In this document: positions 35,708 to 44,499 of the stretch, piece after piece | Layout: every line of letters starts with the position of its first letter | Position numbering within the stretch: the stretch's first letter is position 1 | Source of the DNA: a virus | Taxonomy: Duplodnaviria; Caudoviricetes | IMG/VR virus record: IMGVR_UViG_3300006120_000024 | Span: 1 to 58,256 of that record | Direction: 5' to 3' (one strand) | Length of the DNA stretch: 58,256 bases | The notes under the pieces: model-generated | Seen by the model: the letters and a program-made list of their open reading frames with translations, nothing else | Database searches by the model: none | What the model was told of the DNA's origin: nothing | Translations under genes and position numbers: made by a program

Positions 35708-35863
35708 ATGCCAAACGCACCTAAGACCCCAACCCGCACCATTCGGGTATCAGATGAGCTTTGGTCCTCTGTTAAGGACAAGGCAGCCGAAGACGGCCGT
35801 ACCGTCACAGATGTCATTATTTCTGCCTTAAAGGTATACGTAGAAACCCCAGTTGACAACTAA
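35708..35863 (+). CDS. Ribbon-helix-helix DNA-binding protein (51 aa, not in ORF track)
   Basis: MPNAPKTPTRTIRVSDELWSSVKDKAAEDGRTVTDVIISALKVYV. Confidence 0.8.
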   Translation: MPNAPKTPTRTIRVSDELWSSVKDKAAEDGRTVTDVIISALKVYVETPVDN

Positions 35864-35881
35864 CCTTCCTCCTGCTATATT
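35853..35881 (+). promoter_or_regulatory. Primary-sigma promoter
   Basis: TTGACA, 17 nt spacer, TATATT with an extended TG. Confidence 0.8.
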
Positions 35882-35899
35882 CAAAGTGGAGGGGGTAAC

Positions 35900-36340
35900 A
35901 TGCCAAAGGTTATTCATAAAGAGGTTAAAGAGCAGGTTGTAGATCCTGTTGTAGCAAAGGTTAAGCAATACATAACCATCAAAGGTCGCATTGACGATCT
36001 ATCTAAAGAACAATCCGTACTCAAGACAGAGCTATCTGATCTTGTAGATAGCGCCGGTACTCCGGATGAAAAGGGCCACATCTGGTACTCATTGCCAGAA
36101 GAAGTAGATGGCTACACATCCCTACAGCGCCAGCGTCGTGTCTCTCAAAAGCTTGACGAGGACGTTGCTAAGCGCATCCTCGCCAGCAAGAATCTTACAG
36201 ACCGCTGCTTTAAGATGATTCCCGTCTTGGATGAGGCAGAGGTTATGTCCTGTCTCTATGAAGATCTCCTCACAGAAGAAGAGATCGATGAGATGTTTCC
36301 TAAGTCAGTTAGCTACGCGTTTCTTACAAGCAAGCAATGA
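35900..36340 (+). CDS. Hypothetical protein (N-terminal coiled coil)
   Basis: Strong SD GGAGG; first gene after the promoter. Confidence 0.7.
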   Translation: MPKVIHKEVKEQVVDPVVAKVKQYITIKGRIDDLSKEQSVLKTELSDLVDSAGTPDEKGHIWYSLPEEVDGYTSLQRQRRVSQKLDEDVAKRILASKNLTDRCFKMIPVLDEAEVMSCLYEDLLTEEEIDEMFPKSVSYAFLTSKQ

Positions 36341-36813
36341 GCACAGACCCAGTAGATAATTTCTTCGCAGGATTAGACGAATATTATCCTGGGTCAAAGA
36401 AAAAGCGCCGTGCAATTGATCCTAAGGTAGAAGCAAAGAAACAAAAGAAGTTAGAAGAAGGTAGCTGGGACTCAGCTCCTCAAGTAAAGAAGTTGCCTAA
36501 CGGCAACACAGTAGAGTTGTTCAGTGCAGGGGCATTTGCTCAAGCACTGGGTAGGCCGCTAGTGACGATTAGATTGTGGGAACGTCGGGGATATATTCCA
36601 CGCGCTCCTTACAGACTAAAGTCTATGATGGTGAATGGTGTAAAGAAGCCAGGTTGGCGAATGTACAGCAGAGCTATCATCGAGTCTACAATCGAATCAT
36701 TCAAAGCTCACGGGCTCCTTGAAGCGGTTCGAATTGATTGGAATTCGCAAACAGATCTATCAATTGAATTGTTAGATAATTGGGCGAGAATTCATGATCA
36801 AGAAACCAATTGA
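36337..36813 (+). CDS. MerR-like HTH DNA-binding protein
   Basis: FSAGAFAQALGRPLVTIRLWERRGYIP...R.Y. Confidence 0.75.
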   Translation: MSTDPVDNFFAGLDEYYPGSKKKRRAIDPKVEAKKQKKLEEGSWDSAPQVKKLPNGNTVELFSAGAFAQALGRPLVTIRLWERRGYIPRAPYRLKSMMVNGVKKPGWRMYSRAIIESTIESFKAHGLLEAVRIDWNSQTDLSIELLDNWARIHDQETN

Positions 36814-36839
36814 CCTAATGATCCTAATGATCCTAATGA
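36814..36839 (+). repeat. Tandem 9-nt repeat (CCTAATGA-T) x3 in the SSB leader
   Basis: CCTAATGA at 36814, 36823 and 36832. Confidence 0.85.
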
Positions 36840-36849
36840 AAGAAGTAAT

Positions 36850-37548
36850 ATGTCTACATCACTTAAGTTAAACAAGTCCTCTGTACCAAACGTTGATTCA
36901 TACGACGTTGACGTAGAAGAGGAACTCTTCGTAGAGGAAGACGAGAACTCGCTTCCTGATCGCTCTTCAGTAGTACAGCAAGGCTGGGCCTCTGCTAAGG
37001 CAGCAGCTAAGAAAGCTAAAGAAAAGAGCAATAAGTACGCCACCGATTTTAAATTTGATGAAGATGTGCAGCTTGTAAAGTTCATCTCCTCAGATCCAAT
37101 GGCTTTCATGCAGCACTGGGTAAATCGCACTGGTAAGAAATCCTTTATTAGTATTGGTGAAAACGATCCACTGATCGCTGCAGGCTCACAGCCTTCGCAG
37201 AAGTTTGCCTTTACAGTTCTAAATCTATCTGATGAAGAGCCTGAACTACAGTTAATGGTTGTTGGGGTTCGTCTCTGTGGACAACTAGAGAAGCTTGCTT
37301 CTGATAAAAAGACAGGCCCACTCAATCGTCCAGACATGTACTTTGCAGTAAGCAAGTCGGGAACGGGCACCCAGACTTCTTACAGTGTCGTACCTGTTAA
37401 GGAACGTGACCTCGCTGATGAATGGGATATTGATCCTGTTGCCGCTGCAGAGTTGGTAAAGACTATGAAGCCTTTTGGACCAGAGGCTTTGTACATGCCA
37501 ACTATGGAAGAACTCGCTGATATTGCTCGCGAGATCTCAGGCAACTAA
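36850..37548 (+). CDS. Single-stranded DNA-binding protein (gp32-like)
   Basis: QHWV..K.F, DPL and S..G.G.QT.Y motifs; acidic segments; adjacent to PolA. Confidence 0.65.
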   Translation: MSTSLKLNKSSVPNVDSYDVDVEEELFVEEDENSLPDRSSVVQQGWASAKAAAKKAKEKSNKYATDFKFDEDVQLVKFISSDPMAFMQHWVNRTGKKSFISIGENDPLIAAGSQPSQKFAFTVLNLSDEEPELQLMVVGVRLCGQLEKLASDKKTGPLNRPDMYFAVSKSGTGTQTSYSVVPVKERDLADEWDIDPVAAAELVKTMKPFGPEALYMPTMEELADIAREISGN

Positions 37549-37562
37549 TATCCCATGACGAT

Positions 37563-37607
37563 GTTGGAGGCTCCGGTTTTTGACCTCCTTTCTACGGAGC
37601 CTTCAAC
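37563..37607 (+). promoter_or_regulatory. 13-bp hairpin with an anti-SD (ACCTCCTTTCT) loop upstream of polA
   Basis: GTTGGAGGCTCCG / CGGAGCCTTCAAC stem (one G-U pair) with a 19-nt loop. Confidence 0.65.
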
Positions 37608-37626
37608 CCAACTTTTCAGGAGAGCA

Positions 37627-39603
37627 ATGAATATCATCACGACAGAGGATCAGCTAGCAGATCTAGTCAGTGCGTATAGTGCTGTAGATGCTTTCTGTTT
37701 TGACGTAGAAACAATGGGCGATCATCGTGGAGACCCACGACAGAACCAGGTTGTGTGGATTGCCATGTCTACATACGACCGCGTTGATGTTATTCCTATG
37801 GGGCATCCTAATGGTGACTACCTCCGTACAGAGTACCCGCTCCTGCCTTCCGCTCAGGATCGTGTAATAAAAGGCCTTCCCCTACGTCCTACTGACTACA
37901 GTAAGGATGAACGTAAGGCTGTAAAAATCTTTGGACCCGCACCAGAGCAGCTAATGACTGGTGAGGTGTTCAAGGCTCTTAAGCCATTGTTCTTTAGTGA
38001 CAAGATGAAGATCGGTCACAATCTTAAGTTTGACTTGCAGAGCGTAACAAAGTATCTAGGCGCCCTACCTGCACAGCCGTATGCTTGCACCCTCAACGCA
38101 GCATTCATTTTAGATACACAGAACTACCGCAGCCTTGGTCTTGATGATTGTTTAAAGCGCGAGTTCAACTACCACATGGTTAAAGGTGTCGGTAAAGAAA
38201 TTGAGAAGCATTCCTTTGAAGAGGTCGCAACCTACGCAGCCCTTGATGCTGAGTGGACTTGGAAGTTGTGGGAAAACTACTCTGTAAAGCTAGACGCAGA
38301 TAGCCTTCGTGGCGTCTTCAATTTAGAGATGGATGTACTAGAGGTTATCTGCAGCATGGAACTTCATGGTGCAAACATTGACGTAGAGGGCCTTAAGTTC
38401 CTTAAGGCAGACCTAGACTTACAGCTAGAAACAACTAAAGCAAAAATTTACCAGCTTGCAGGTAAGGCATTTAATATCAACAGCGTACCTGAAAAGCAAA
38501 AGCTACTCTTTACACCTAAAAAAGACGGGGGTCGTGGACTGCGCCCACGCTTATTTACCCCTAAGGGCATCAGCCGTGCAGAAAAGGGCGAGGCACCCAT
38601 GATCTCAGACTACTCGGTGTCTGAGCCTGCACTAAAAGCGTTCGAGGGCAAGGACGCTTTGGTTGATGCCCTACTCAAGTATTCTGACCTTAATAAGTTG
38701 TTGACTACTTACGTTATCCCATACTTAGGCGGGGACATCGTACGTACTACGGCCGGTAAATCTAAAACTGTCGCTAAAGACAGTCTCCTCCTAAGAGGCC
38801 GTATTCATACCGACTTCATTCAGTTTGGCGCTGAAACTGGTCGGTTCTCTAGTAGGAATCCAAACCTACAGAATGTCCCCGCCCCTCATACACCCAACGG
38901 TAAGGCGATTAGAAATCTATTCACTGCACCTGAAGGTTACTCTTTAGTCGTAGCCGACTACTCACAGATTGAGCCACGCATCATCGCCTCCTTTAGTGGG
39001 GACCGTATTATGTGTAACGCATATATGAACGGAGAAGATATCTACACTACTGTGGGTAACACTATGGGGGTAGATCGTAAGGCCGGTAAGCAGCTTGTTC
39101 TATCTCTTGCCTATGGTGTAGGTCCAGAGAAGATCGCAGCGTCTATTGGTTGCTCTGTTAATGAGGCTAGAGATCTACTAGACAGCTTTAGCCATAAGTT
39201 TCCAGCAGTGGGCAAATATAAGCAGCAGGTTGTTAGCGAGTCACGTCGTCGTGGTCCGGTTCCTTATGCTCTCACCTATCTAAAGCGTCGCAGATATCTT
39301 CCAGGACTACGTTCTCCCATCATTAAGGATCGTGCTCGTGCAGAGCGTCAGGCCTTTAATACTGTTATCCAGGGTTCAGCTGCAGATCTTATCAAGCTAG
39401 CTATGGTTCGAGCTCACAAGATCATTCCTGATGATGCAAACATTATTCTTACCATTCATGATGAACTAGTTACTGTAACACCTACGCATCTTGCAGAGGA
39501 GACAGCGGCCGCTATTCGTGAGGCCATGGAAGGGATCAATGCATTAAAGATTCCTCTTCTAGCCGATGTCAAGATTGTACAAAAGTGGGGAGAAGCAAAG
39601 TAA
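37627..39603 (+). CDS. polA: Family A DNA polymerase (3'-5' exonuclease + polymerase)
   Basis: DVET, GHNLKFD, YAALDA; TGRFSS.NPNLQN, ADYSQIE.R, K...YG, QGSAAD and IHDE motifs. SD AGGAG before ATG 37627. Confidence 0.95.
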   Translation: MNIITTEDQLADLVSAYSAVDAFCFDVETMGDHRGDPRQNQVVWIAMSTYDRVDVIPMGHPNGDYLRTEYPLLPSAQDRVIKGLPLRPTDYSKDERKAVKIFGPAPEQLMTGEVFKALKPLFFSDKMKIGHNLKFDLQSVTKYLGALPAQPYACTLNAAFILDTQNYRSLGLDDCLKREFNYHMVKGVGKEIEKHSFEEVATYAALDAEWTWKLWENYSVKLDADSLRGVFNLEMDVLEVICSMELHGANIDVEGLKFLKADLDLQLETTKAKIYQLAGKAFNINSVPEKQKLLFTPKKDGGRGLRPRLFTPKGISRAEKGEAPMISDYSVSEPALKAFEGKDALVDALLKYSDLNKLLTTYVIPYLGGDIVRTTAGKSKTVAKDSLLLRGRIHTDFIQFGAETGRFSSRNPNLQNVPAPHTPNGKAIRNLFTAPEGYSLVVADYSQIEPRIIASFSGDRIMCNAYMNGEDIYTTVGNTMGVDRKAGKQLVLSLAYGVGPEKIAASIGCSVNEARDLLDSFSHKFPAVGKYKQQVVSESRRRGPVPYALTYLKRRRYLPGLRSPIIKDRARAERQAFNTVIQGSAADLIKLAMVRAHKIIPDDANIILTIHDELVTVTPTHLAEETAAAIREAMEGINALKIPLLADVKIVQKWGEAK

Positions 39604-40028
39604 TGTTCTGGCGTAAAAAGAAGCATCCGGTAGAGATAGAGGTAAAGCATGTCTCTCTGCCCACATTGATTCGCCAGAGCGTGTACGACGCAATGCTAGA
39701 GCCCGCAGAAGAGATAGCCGTAGCCATGGGGTTACCTCCTATCTCTGACGAGGTTGCTGAGATGGAGGAGCGTGCTAGTCAGCGCAGGCTGGAGCGCATT
39801 GCTCAGCTGCTGCCCTTTTTAGAGTCTCATTCTGAGATCGCAGCAAAGATTGCAGTGCATGCTTACCTGCTTCAAGACAATAAAAAGTTGGAAATAGATG
39901 AAGAGGAAAAGGATAACCTTTTGGGGTTATTTAGAATTGTAGCTTTATCTGCATCTATCTCTTCCCTATCAAGTTTGGTTGACTTAGAACTATTAGACTC
40001 AAGAGTGGAGTACGACGATGGCGAATAA
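39603..40028 (+). CDS. Hypothetical protein
   Basis: TAATG coupling to polA. Confidence 0.65.
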   Translation: MFWRKKKHPVEIEVKHVSLPTLIRQSVYDAMLEPAEEIAVAMGLPPISDEVAEMEERASQRRLERIAQLLPFLESHSEIAAKIAVHAYLLQDNKKLEIDEEEKDNLLGLFRIVALSASISSLSSLVDLELLDSRVEYDDGE

Positions 40029-40428
40029 CGACTGGTGGTCAAGAAAGTTAACAGGGCAGCCTGCACCACAGCAGACCTCTTCTACACCACCGACAAGCAT
40101 GCCTGGGCAGGTTCCTTACGTGGCACAGCCGGGGCAACCCAACACACAGGTTACCTATAATCCAAAAGCTGACCAGGTAGAGAGAAAGAATAGTGCAAAT
40201 CGTTGCCCTGAATGTAACAGCGGTAACTATGCAAAGGTAGGCGTCCAGTCCACACAGAATGGCTCCTTTGATGTGATGCGCTGCTATGACTGCGGCTATC
40301 CAAAGATGCAGACAGGTAGTGGTATCGCAAGCACAGGTAGTTCTAGCGGCGGCGCAGCTACTCCGGCTAAGCAGCCTGCAAGAGGAAATGGTTTTAATCC
40401 AAATGTTATCGTAGATAGGATCGGGTAA
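40018..40428 (+). CDS. Zinc-ribbon protein
   Basis: CPEC..NY and CYDCGYP within low-complexity flanks. Confidence 0.7.
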   Translation: MANNDWWSRKLTGQPAPQQTSSTPPTSMPGQVPYVAQPGQPNTQVTYNPKADQVERKNSANRCPECNSGNYAKVGVQSTQNGSFDVMRCYDCGYPKMQTGSGIASTGSSSGGAATPAKQPARGNGFNPNVIVDRIG

Positions 40429-41492
40429 TGGCAACAGCAACAATTAACTCAGAAGCTCTAAAGATTGCAGCTTTGATCAATAAGAAACTGGGCGGTAACA
40501 CCGTAGTTCCTGCTAGTGAGGTTACTATCCCACAGCGAATCACTACCGGTTCTCTAACCCTTGATGTTGTTCTAGGCGGAGGCTGGCCTATGAACCGTTG
40601 GGTTGAGCTCGTAGGTGAGGCTTCCCATGGTAAGACTGCTATAGCTCTTCGTACGATTGCAGCTAACCAAAAGGTTAATCCAGAATTTACCGCAGTCTGG
40701 ATTGCCGCAGAAGACTTTGACTCTGAGTATGCAGAGTTGTGCGGCGTAGACACAAGCCGTGTTCTACTGGTGGAGACCAACAGTATGGAGGATGCGTTTG
40801 ATGCAGTTATTCAGTTCATGGAAAGCAAAGCGGTGGATCTTGTTGTTATTGATTCCCTTCCTGCTTTGGTACCCAGCGCAGAAGATGAAAAACACATGGA
40901 AGAATTCACGGTCGGACGCGGAGCGTTAATTACTAACAAGTTCTTCCGTAAGGTTATGTCAGCTACAAAGAGAGATTTGGTAGAGTCTGAGCGCCCAGTA
41001 TTGGGCATCATGATCAACCAATACCGTATGAAGATCGGCGTTATGCATGGCGATCCTCGTACTACGCCAGGGGGTCTTGGCAAAGATTACGCCTACAGCG
41101 TTCGTTGCGAAGTAAAGCGCGATGAGTGGCTCGAGGTAGGCACCGGACAGGATAAACGGCGTGTGGGGCAAACCATCCGTGTCCGTACTATCAAGAACAA
41201 GACCTACCCGCCTCAACAGACTGCTTACCTAGACTTTTATTTTGCTGATGGTGGGGTAGTAGACGCAGGTAGCTATGACTCTGGTAAAGAGATCGTAGCC
41301 TTATCTATCCTCAACGGCATCGTAGAACGTCGTGGAGGCTGGATGTACTATAATGAGCGTAAGTGGCAGGGGGCTCAGGCTCTTATTGATTCTATCCGTG
41401 AGGAAGAGGATCTAAAGAACGAGCTCACCATTGCTGTTATGGATACGCTCCGAGCTGGACCCGCATTGATGTTGGAGTCCAATGAAGAGTGA
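40428..41492 (+). CDS. recA: RecA-like recombinase
   Basis: TGSL.LD..LGGG.P, GEASHGKT, VVIDS, INQ.R.KIG..GDP.TTPGG and KNK motifs. Confidence 0.95.
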   Translation: MATATINSEALKIAALINKKLGGNTVVPASEVTIPQRITTGSLTLDVVLGGGWPMNRWVELVGEASHGKTAIALRTIAANQKVNPEFTAVWIAAEDFDSEYAELCGVDTSRVLLVETNSMEDAFDAVIQFMESKAVDLVVIDSLPALVPSAEDEKHMEEFTVGRGALITNKFFRKVMSATKRDLVESERPVLGIMINQYRMKIGVMHGDPRTTPGGLGKDYAYSVRCEVKRDEWLEVGTGQDKRRVGQTIRVRTIKNKTYPPQQTAYLDFYFADGGVVDAGSYDSGKEIVALSILNGIVERRGGWMYYNERKWQGAQALIDSIREEEDLKNELTIAVMDTLRAGPALMLESNEE

Positions 41493-41796
41493 AGGACAAA
41501 AGCAATCTCTTAAGCACGAGAAGCGCTTAGAGAAGGTCACGGGCGGTACGCGCAATGCCGCCTCCGGTGCCTTTTGGTCACGTAAAGGTGATGTCAGAAC
41601 TGACGAGCTTTTAATTGAGCATAAGTGGACGGGTAAGAAACAAGTAACTATTAAGTCAGAAGTACTTAAGAAGATTACTACAGAAGCAATCTTAGACAGC
41701 CGTAAGCCTGTTCTAGGTTTGCATTTAGATGGCGAGAACTATGTCGTACTTCTTGAAGAGGATTTCTTTGAATTGAGGAATGCTTTAAATAACTAA
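41482..41796 (+). CDS. Hjc-like PD-(D/E)XK resolvase/nuclease
   Basis: E.R......GG.R..ASGA...KGDV....LIEHK. Confidence 0.75.
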   Translation: MKSEGQKQSLKHEKRLEKVTGGTRNAASGAFWSRKGDVRTDELLIEHKWTGKKQVTIKSEVLKKITTEAILDSRKPVLGLHLDGENYVVLLEEDFFELRNALNN

Positions 41797-41830
41797 TATG
41801 GGGGGCCATAACTAGTTAGGTACACAAGTA

Positions 41831-42172
41831 GTGCGATATAACGACGATCCAGATTGGGCTTGGAGATATGAAGCAAAATGTCAGGGTGAAGATACAGAGA
41901 TATTCTTCCCACCACGTGATAAAGCTCTCTACAAACCAATTGCGGACAAAGCAAAAGCAATCTGCTGGGGCAAAGACGGTAAATCGCCTTGCCCGGTTCG
42001 TAAAGAGTGTCTTAAAGAGGCAATCTTAAACAACGAACTCCACGGAATATTTGGTGGGTTGTCACATAGAGAAAGAAACGCAGCACAAAGAAAGTACAAG
42101 AAACAAGGTCTAACACTGGACCAGTGGCTTGAGTTGGAGGTTGCAAATGGGAAGACCGGTAACGGTTCCTAG
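41831..42172 (+). CDS. whiB: Second WhiB family transcription factor
   Basis: W...AKC...FFP..AKAIC...CPVR.EC...GIFGG.S..ER. Confidence 0.88.
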   Translation: MRYNDDPDWAWRYEAKCQGEDTEIFFPPRDKALYKPIADKAKAICWGKDGKSPCPVRKECLKEAILNNELHGIFGGLSHRERNAAQRKYKKQGLTLDQWLELEVANGKTGNGS

Positions 42173-43022
42173 CAAGGATTTAAAAGCTTATCTCAATACC
42201 AAAAAGCGTACTACACGCTTGATGGGTGAGATAGAGCGCCATGTATTGGCGCAACCTTTTGATGAGCGTGATCAATCATATATCCACCCCTCGGATATTA
42301 TCAAACCTGAATGGTGCGCTTTAGCGCAGTATCACGCTCTCAAAGGTAACTACGTTGAGACACGAGACAAACCCACCCTACGCTTGGCATCTATCTTTGC
42401 TGAGGGCCACACCATCCACGCTAAGTGGCAGAACTGGTTTAAAGATATGGGTGTCCTCTACGGTAAATGGTATGACGCTAAGACAGATGACTACACATGG
42501 GCTACATCTAAAGATTTAGTTGGTTACGCCCGTAAAGATATCGCGTACGCCGAGGTCCCCCTACGCAGTGACAAGCATATGATGCGTGGGCATGCTGATG
42601 GTTGGATTAAAGGTATCGGGGAAGACTGCTTGATTGAGATCAAGTCAATTGGTACAGGGACTATACGCATGGAGATGCCTGCGCTTATGGCCCAGTACAA
42701 CAATGATATTGATCAGGTGTGGAAGAACATCAAAGTACCACTACGCTCTCACCAACTGCAGGGCCAGGTTTACCTGCACCTTGCCCACCTAATGGCTGAG
42801 GAAGGTACCCTACAGTCAGCTCCTGAAGAGATTGTATTTATCTATGAACTTAAAGCTAATCAGGAGTACAAGGAATTTGTAGTTAAATACAACCCAGAAT
42901 ACACAAAGGAAATTTTTGATCGAGCTCTCGATGTTTCCTGGGCAGTGGCAAATGATCGCCCACCCCTTTGCTCTGTTGACTCTGAGAAAGGATGTAAGCG
43001 CTGTGCGCCATTTATTCAGTAA
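42147..43022 (+). CDS. Cas4-like PD-(D/E)XK exonuclease
   Basis: HPS..WC, G..IH, GHADG, IEIKS, Q.Q.Y and C-terminal C..C..C (split Fe-S ligand pattern). Confidence 0.85.
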   Translation: MGRPVTVPSKDLKAYLNTKKRTTRLMGEIERHVLAQPFDERDQSYIHPSDIIKPEWCALAQYHALKGNYVETRDKPTLRLASIFAEGHTIHAKWQNWFKDMGVLYGKWYDAKTDDYTWATSKDLVGYARKDIAYAEVPLRSDKHMMRGHADGWIKGIGEDCLIEIKSIGTGTIRMEMPALMAQYNNDIDQVWKNIKVPLRSHQLQGQVYLHLAHLMAEEGTLQSAPEEIVFIYELKANQEYKEFVVKYNPEYTKEIFDRALDVSWAVANDRPPLCSVDSEKGCKRCAPFIQ

Positions 43023-43046
43023 AAAAGATAAGAGTACGGAGCAGGA

Positions 43047-43523
43047 ATGAGCATAGCAAGTGACGCAATTGATTCTCTAAATGAATTGGGTTTTGCCTTA
43101 AACAACAAACCTACCTTTGACATTCCACAGCTTCCTATGGATATCACAGAGCTAGATGACGGGGGCTTGATGGAGCTTTTTGTTCAACTAACTATGTGGA
43201 GTGACTACGTAGCTGGTGCGTTTGCTATTGCCGCCATCAATGAGAAAGAAGCCGAGACCGCAGTAAAGCAGTACGAAGCTTCAGGAATGCTTGCTAACTG
43301 GACTGGTGCTAAGGCAGACCGCCTAGCTATTGCCAAGGCAACTATCACTGCTAGCGAGCGTATGCAGGAGCTCACTCGGAATTACGATACAGCTTACGCT
43401 TTTCGTAAACTTTTAGAAACTAAAACTAACAACATAGATAGAGATACTCAGCTGGTATCAAGAGAGCTTACCCGCCGCACAGCTGACAACAGCGGCTTTA
43501 GATCTAGACAGAGGAGAATCTAA
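43047..43523 (+). CDS. Helical protein, possibly a UvsY-like recombination mediator
   Basis: Coiled-coil pattern ending SRELTRR; recombination context (inference). Confidence 0.45.
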   Translation: MSIASDAIDSLNELGFALNNKPTFDIPQLPMDITELDDGGLMELFVQLTMWSDYVAGAFAIAAINEKEAETAVKQYEASGMLANWTGAKADRLAIAKATITASERMQELTRNYDTAYAFRKLLETKTNNIDRDTQLVSRELTRRTADNSGFRSRQRRI

Positions 43524-43777
43524 TGACCGACCTAACGTGGGAACAACTATCAATGTTCACAGATGAAGAGCTGGGTATTAGCACGCCTGCTGAAAAGCCG
43601 GTTGAGAAGACTGTAGAAGAACGCTTAGAGTACCTAGAGCAGCTAATCCAACTGCAAGCAAATATGATGTTTGCACAAAAGGATGTGCTTGATCTAGTAA
43701 TCCATGTTCTAGGTGAAAAAGGTTATCTACCAAAAATCAAGGAGCAAGATGTCGAATCCAGCAAAAGCGAAGGGTAG
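43523..43777 (+). CDS. Hypothetical protein
   Basis: TAATG coupling; short coiled coil. Confidence 0.6.
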   Translation: MTDLTWEQLSMFTDEELGISTPAEKPVEKTVEERLEYLEQLIQLQANMMFAQKDVLDLVIHVLGEKGYLPKIKEQDVESSKSEG

Positions 43778-44087
43778 TGGAGCGGAAAGAGCCGTCGTAG
43801 CATGGCTCAAACAATGGTTTCCTTATGCCGATAGAAGACTTGCAGGGGCTACTCTAGATAAAGGGGACGTCTCTGGTATTCCAGGGGTAACTATCGAGGT
43901 CAAGAATCAAGCTGCTATGAAGCTATCTGAGTGGGTTGGTGAACTAGAGACAGAGATGAAAAACGATGGGGCATGGACTGGGGTAGTGCTCCATAAGAAG
44001 AAAGGCAAGACCGACGTAGGGGAGTGGTACGCCACAATGCCTGCAAAAGTCTGGGTTGATCTCTTGAATAGGGGGATGAAGAATTAG
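43749..44087 (+). CDS. Holliday junction resolvase (Hjc-like)
   Basis: K.KG...ER.V, D.GD..G.P..IEVKN and W..E motifs. Confidence 0.85.
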   Translation: MSNPAKAKGSGAERAVVAWLKQWFPYADRRLAGATLDKGDVSGIPGVTIEVKNQAAMKLSEWVGELETEMKNDGAWTGVVLHKKKGKTDVGEWYATMPAKVWVDLLNRGMKN

Positions 44088-44175
44088 AGCCTTATAGGCG
44101 TACTGACAGGCGTTTAAAGGGTATTGTAGGACTTGAGGGCGGACCACTAAACCGAAACTAAAGGACTACAAAACC

Positions 44176-44457
44176 GTGACAGATACACGAAACGAAGAAA
44201 AGTTCCTCCGCGTTGGCGCAGGATCAAACGCTCAGTCAGTAGGCTCAGCTATAGCCCATGCTCTTCAAGATAAACCACAAGTTTACGTACGGGCAGTTGG
44301 AGCTTCAGCAGTAAATCAGGCAGTAAAGGCAATCGCTATTGCTAGCGGATATGTTGCCCCTAGAGGCCTAACATTAAGCTGCAGACCAGGATTTACCACA
44401 GTAGATTCACGAGACGGACAAATATCCGCAATTGTCTTTACTATTATTGCTAGTTGA
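44176..44457 (+). CDS. spoVS: SpoVS family (Alba-like) protein
   Basis: LRV...S....V..AIA...RAVGA.AVNQAVKAIAIA.G...P.G..L...P.F closely matches the SpoVS signature. Confidence 0.9.
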   Translation: MTDTRNEEKFLRVGAGSNAQSVGSAIAHALQDKPQVYVRAVGASAVNQAVKAIAIASGYVAPRGLTLSCRPGFTTVDSRDGQISAIVFTIIAS

Positions 44458-44499
44458 TATATCATCTAGCCAAGAGATCTCTAACAGTTAGGTACCAAA

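Noticed and set aside
37560-37600. Minus-strand perfect SD (AGAAAGGAGGT) for a hidden type I toxin peptide
   Set aside because: No start codon at usable spacing downstream on the minus strand.
31044-41492. Inteins or introns in DnaB, PolA or RecA
   Set aside because: Lengths are normal, motifs are contiguous, and no C/S...HN-C/S/T splice junctions or LAGLIDADG motifs are visible.
42147-43022. CRISPR-Cas locus suggested by the Cas4-like gene
   Set aside because: No repeat-spacer array or other cas genes seen; solo Cas4-like nucleases are common in phages.
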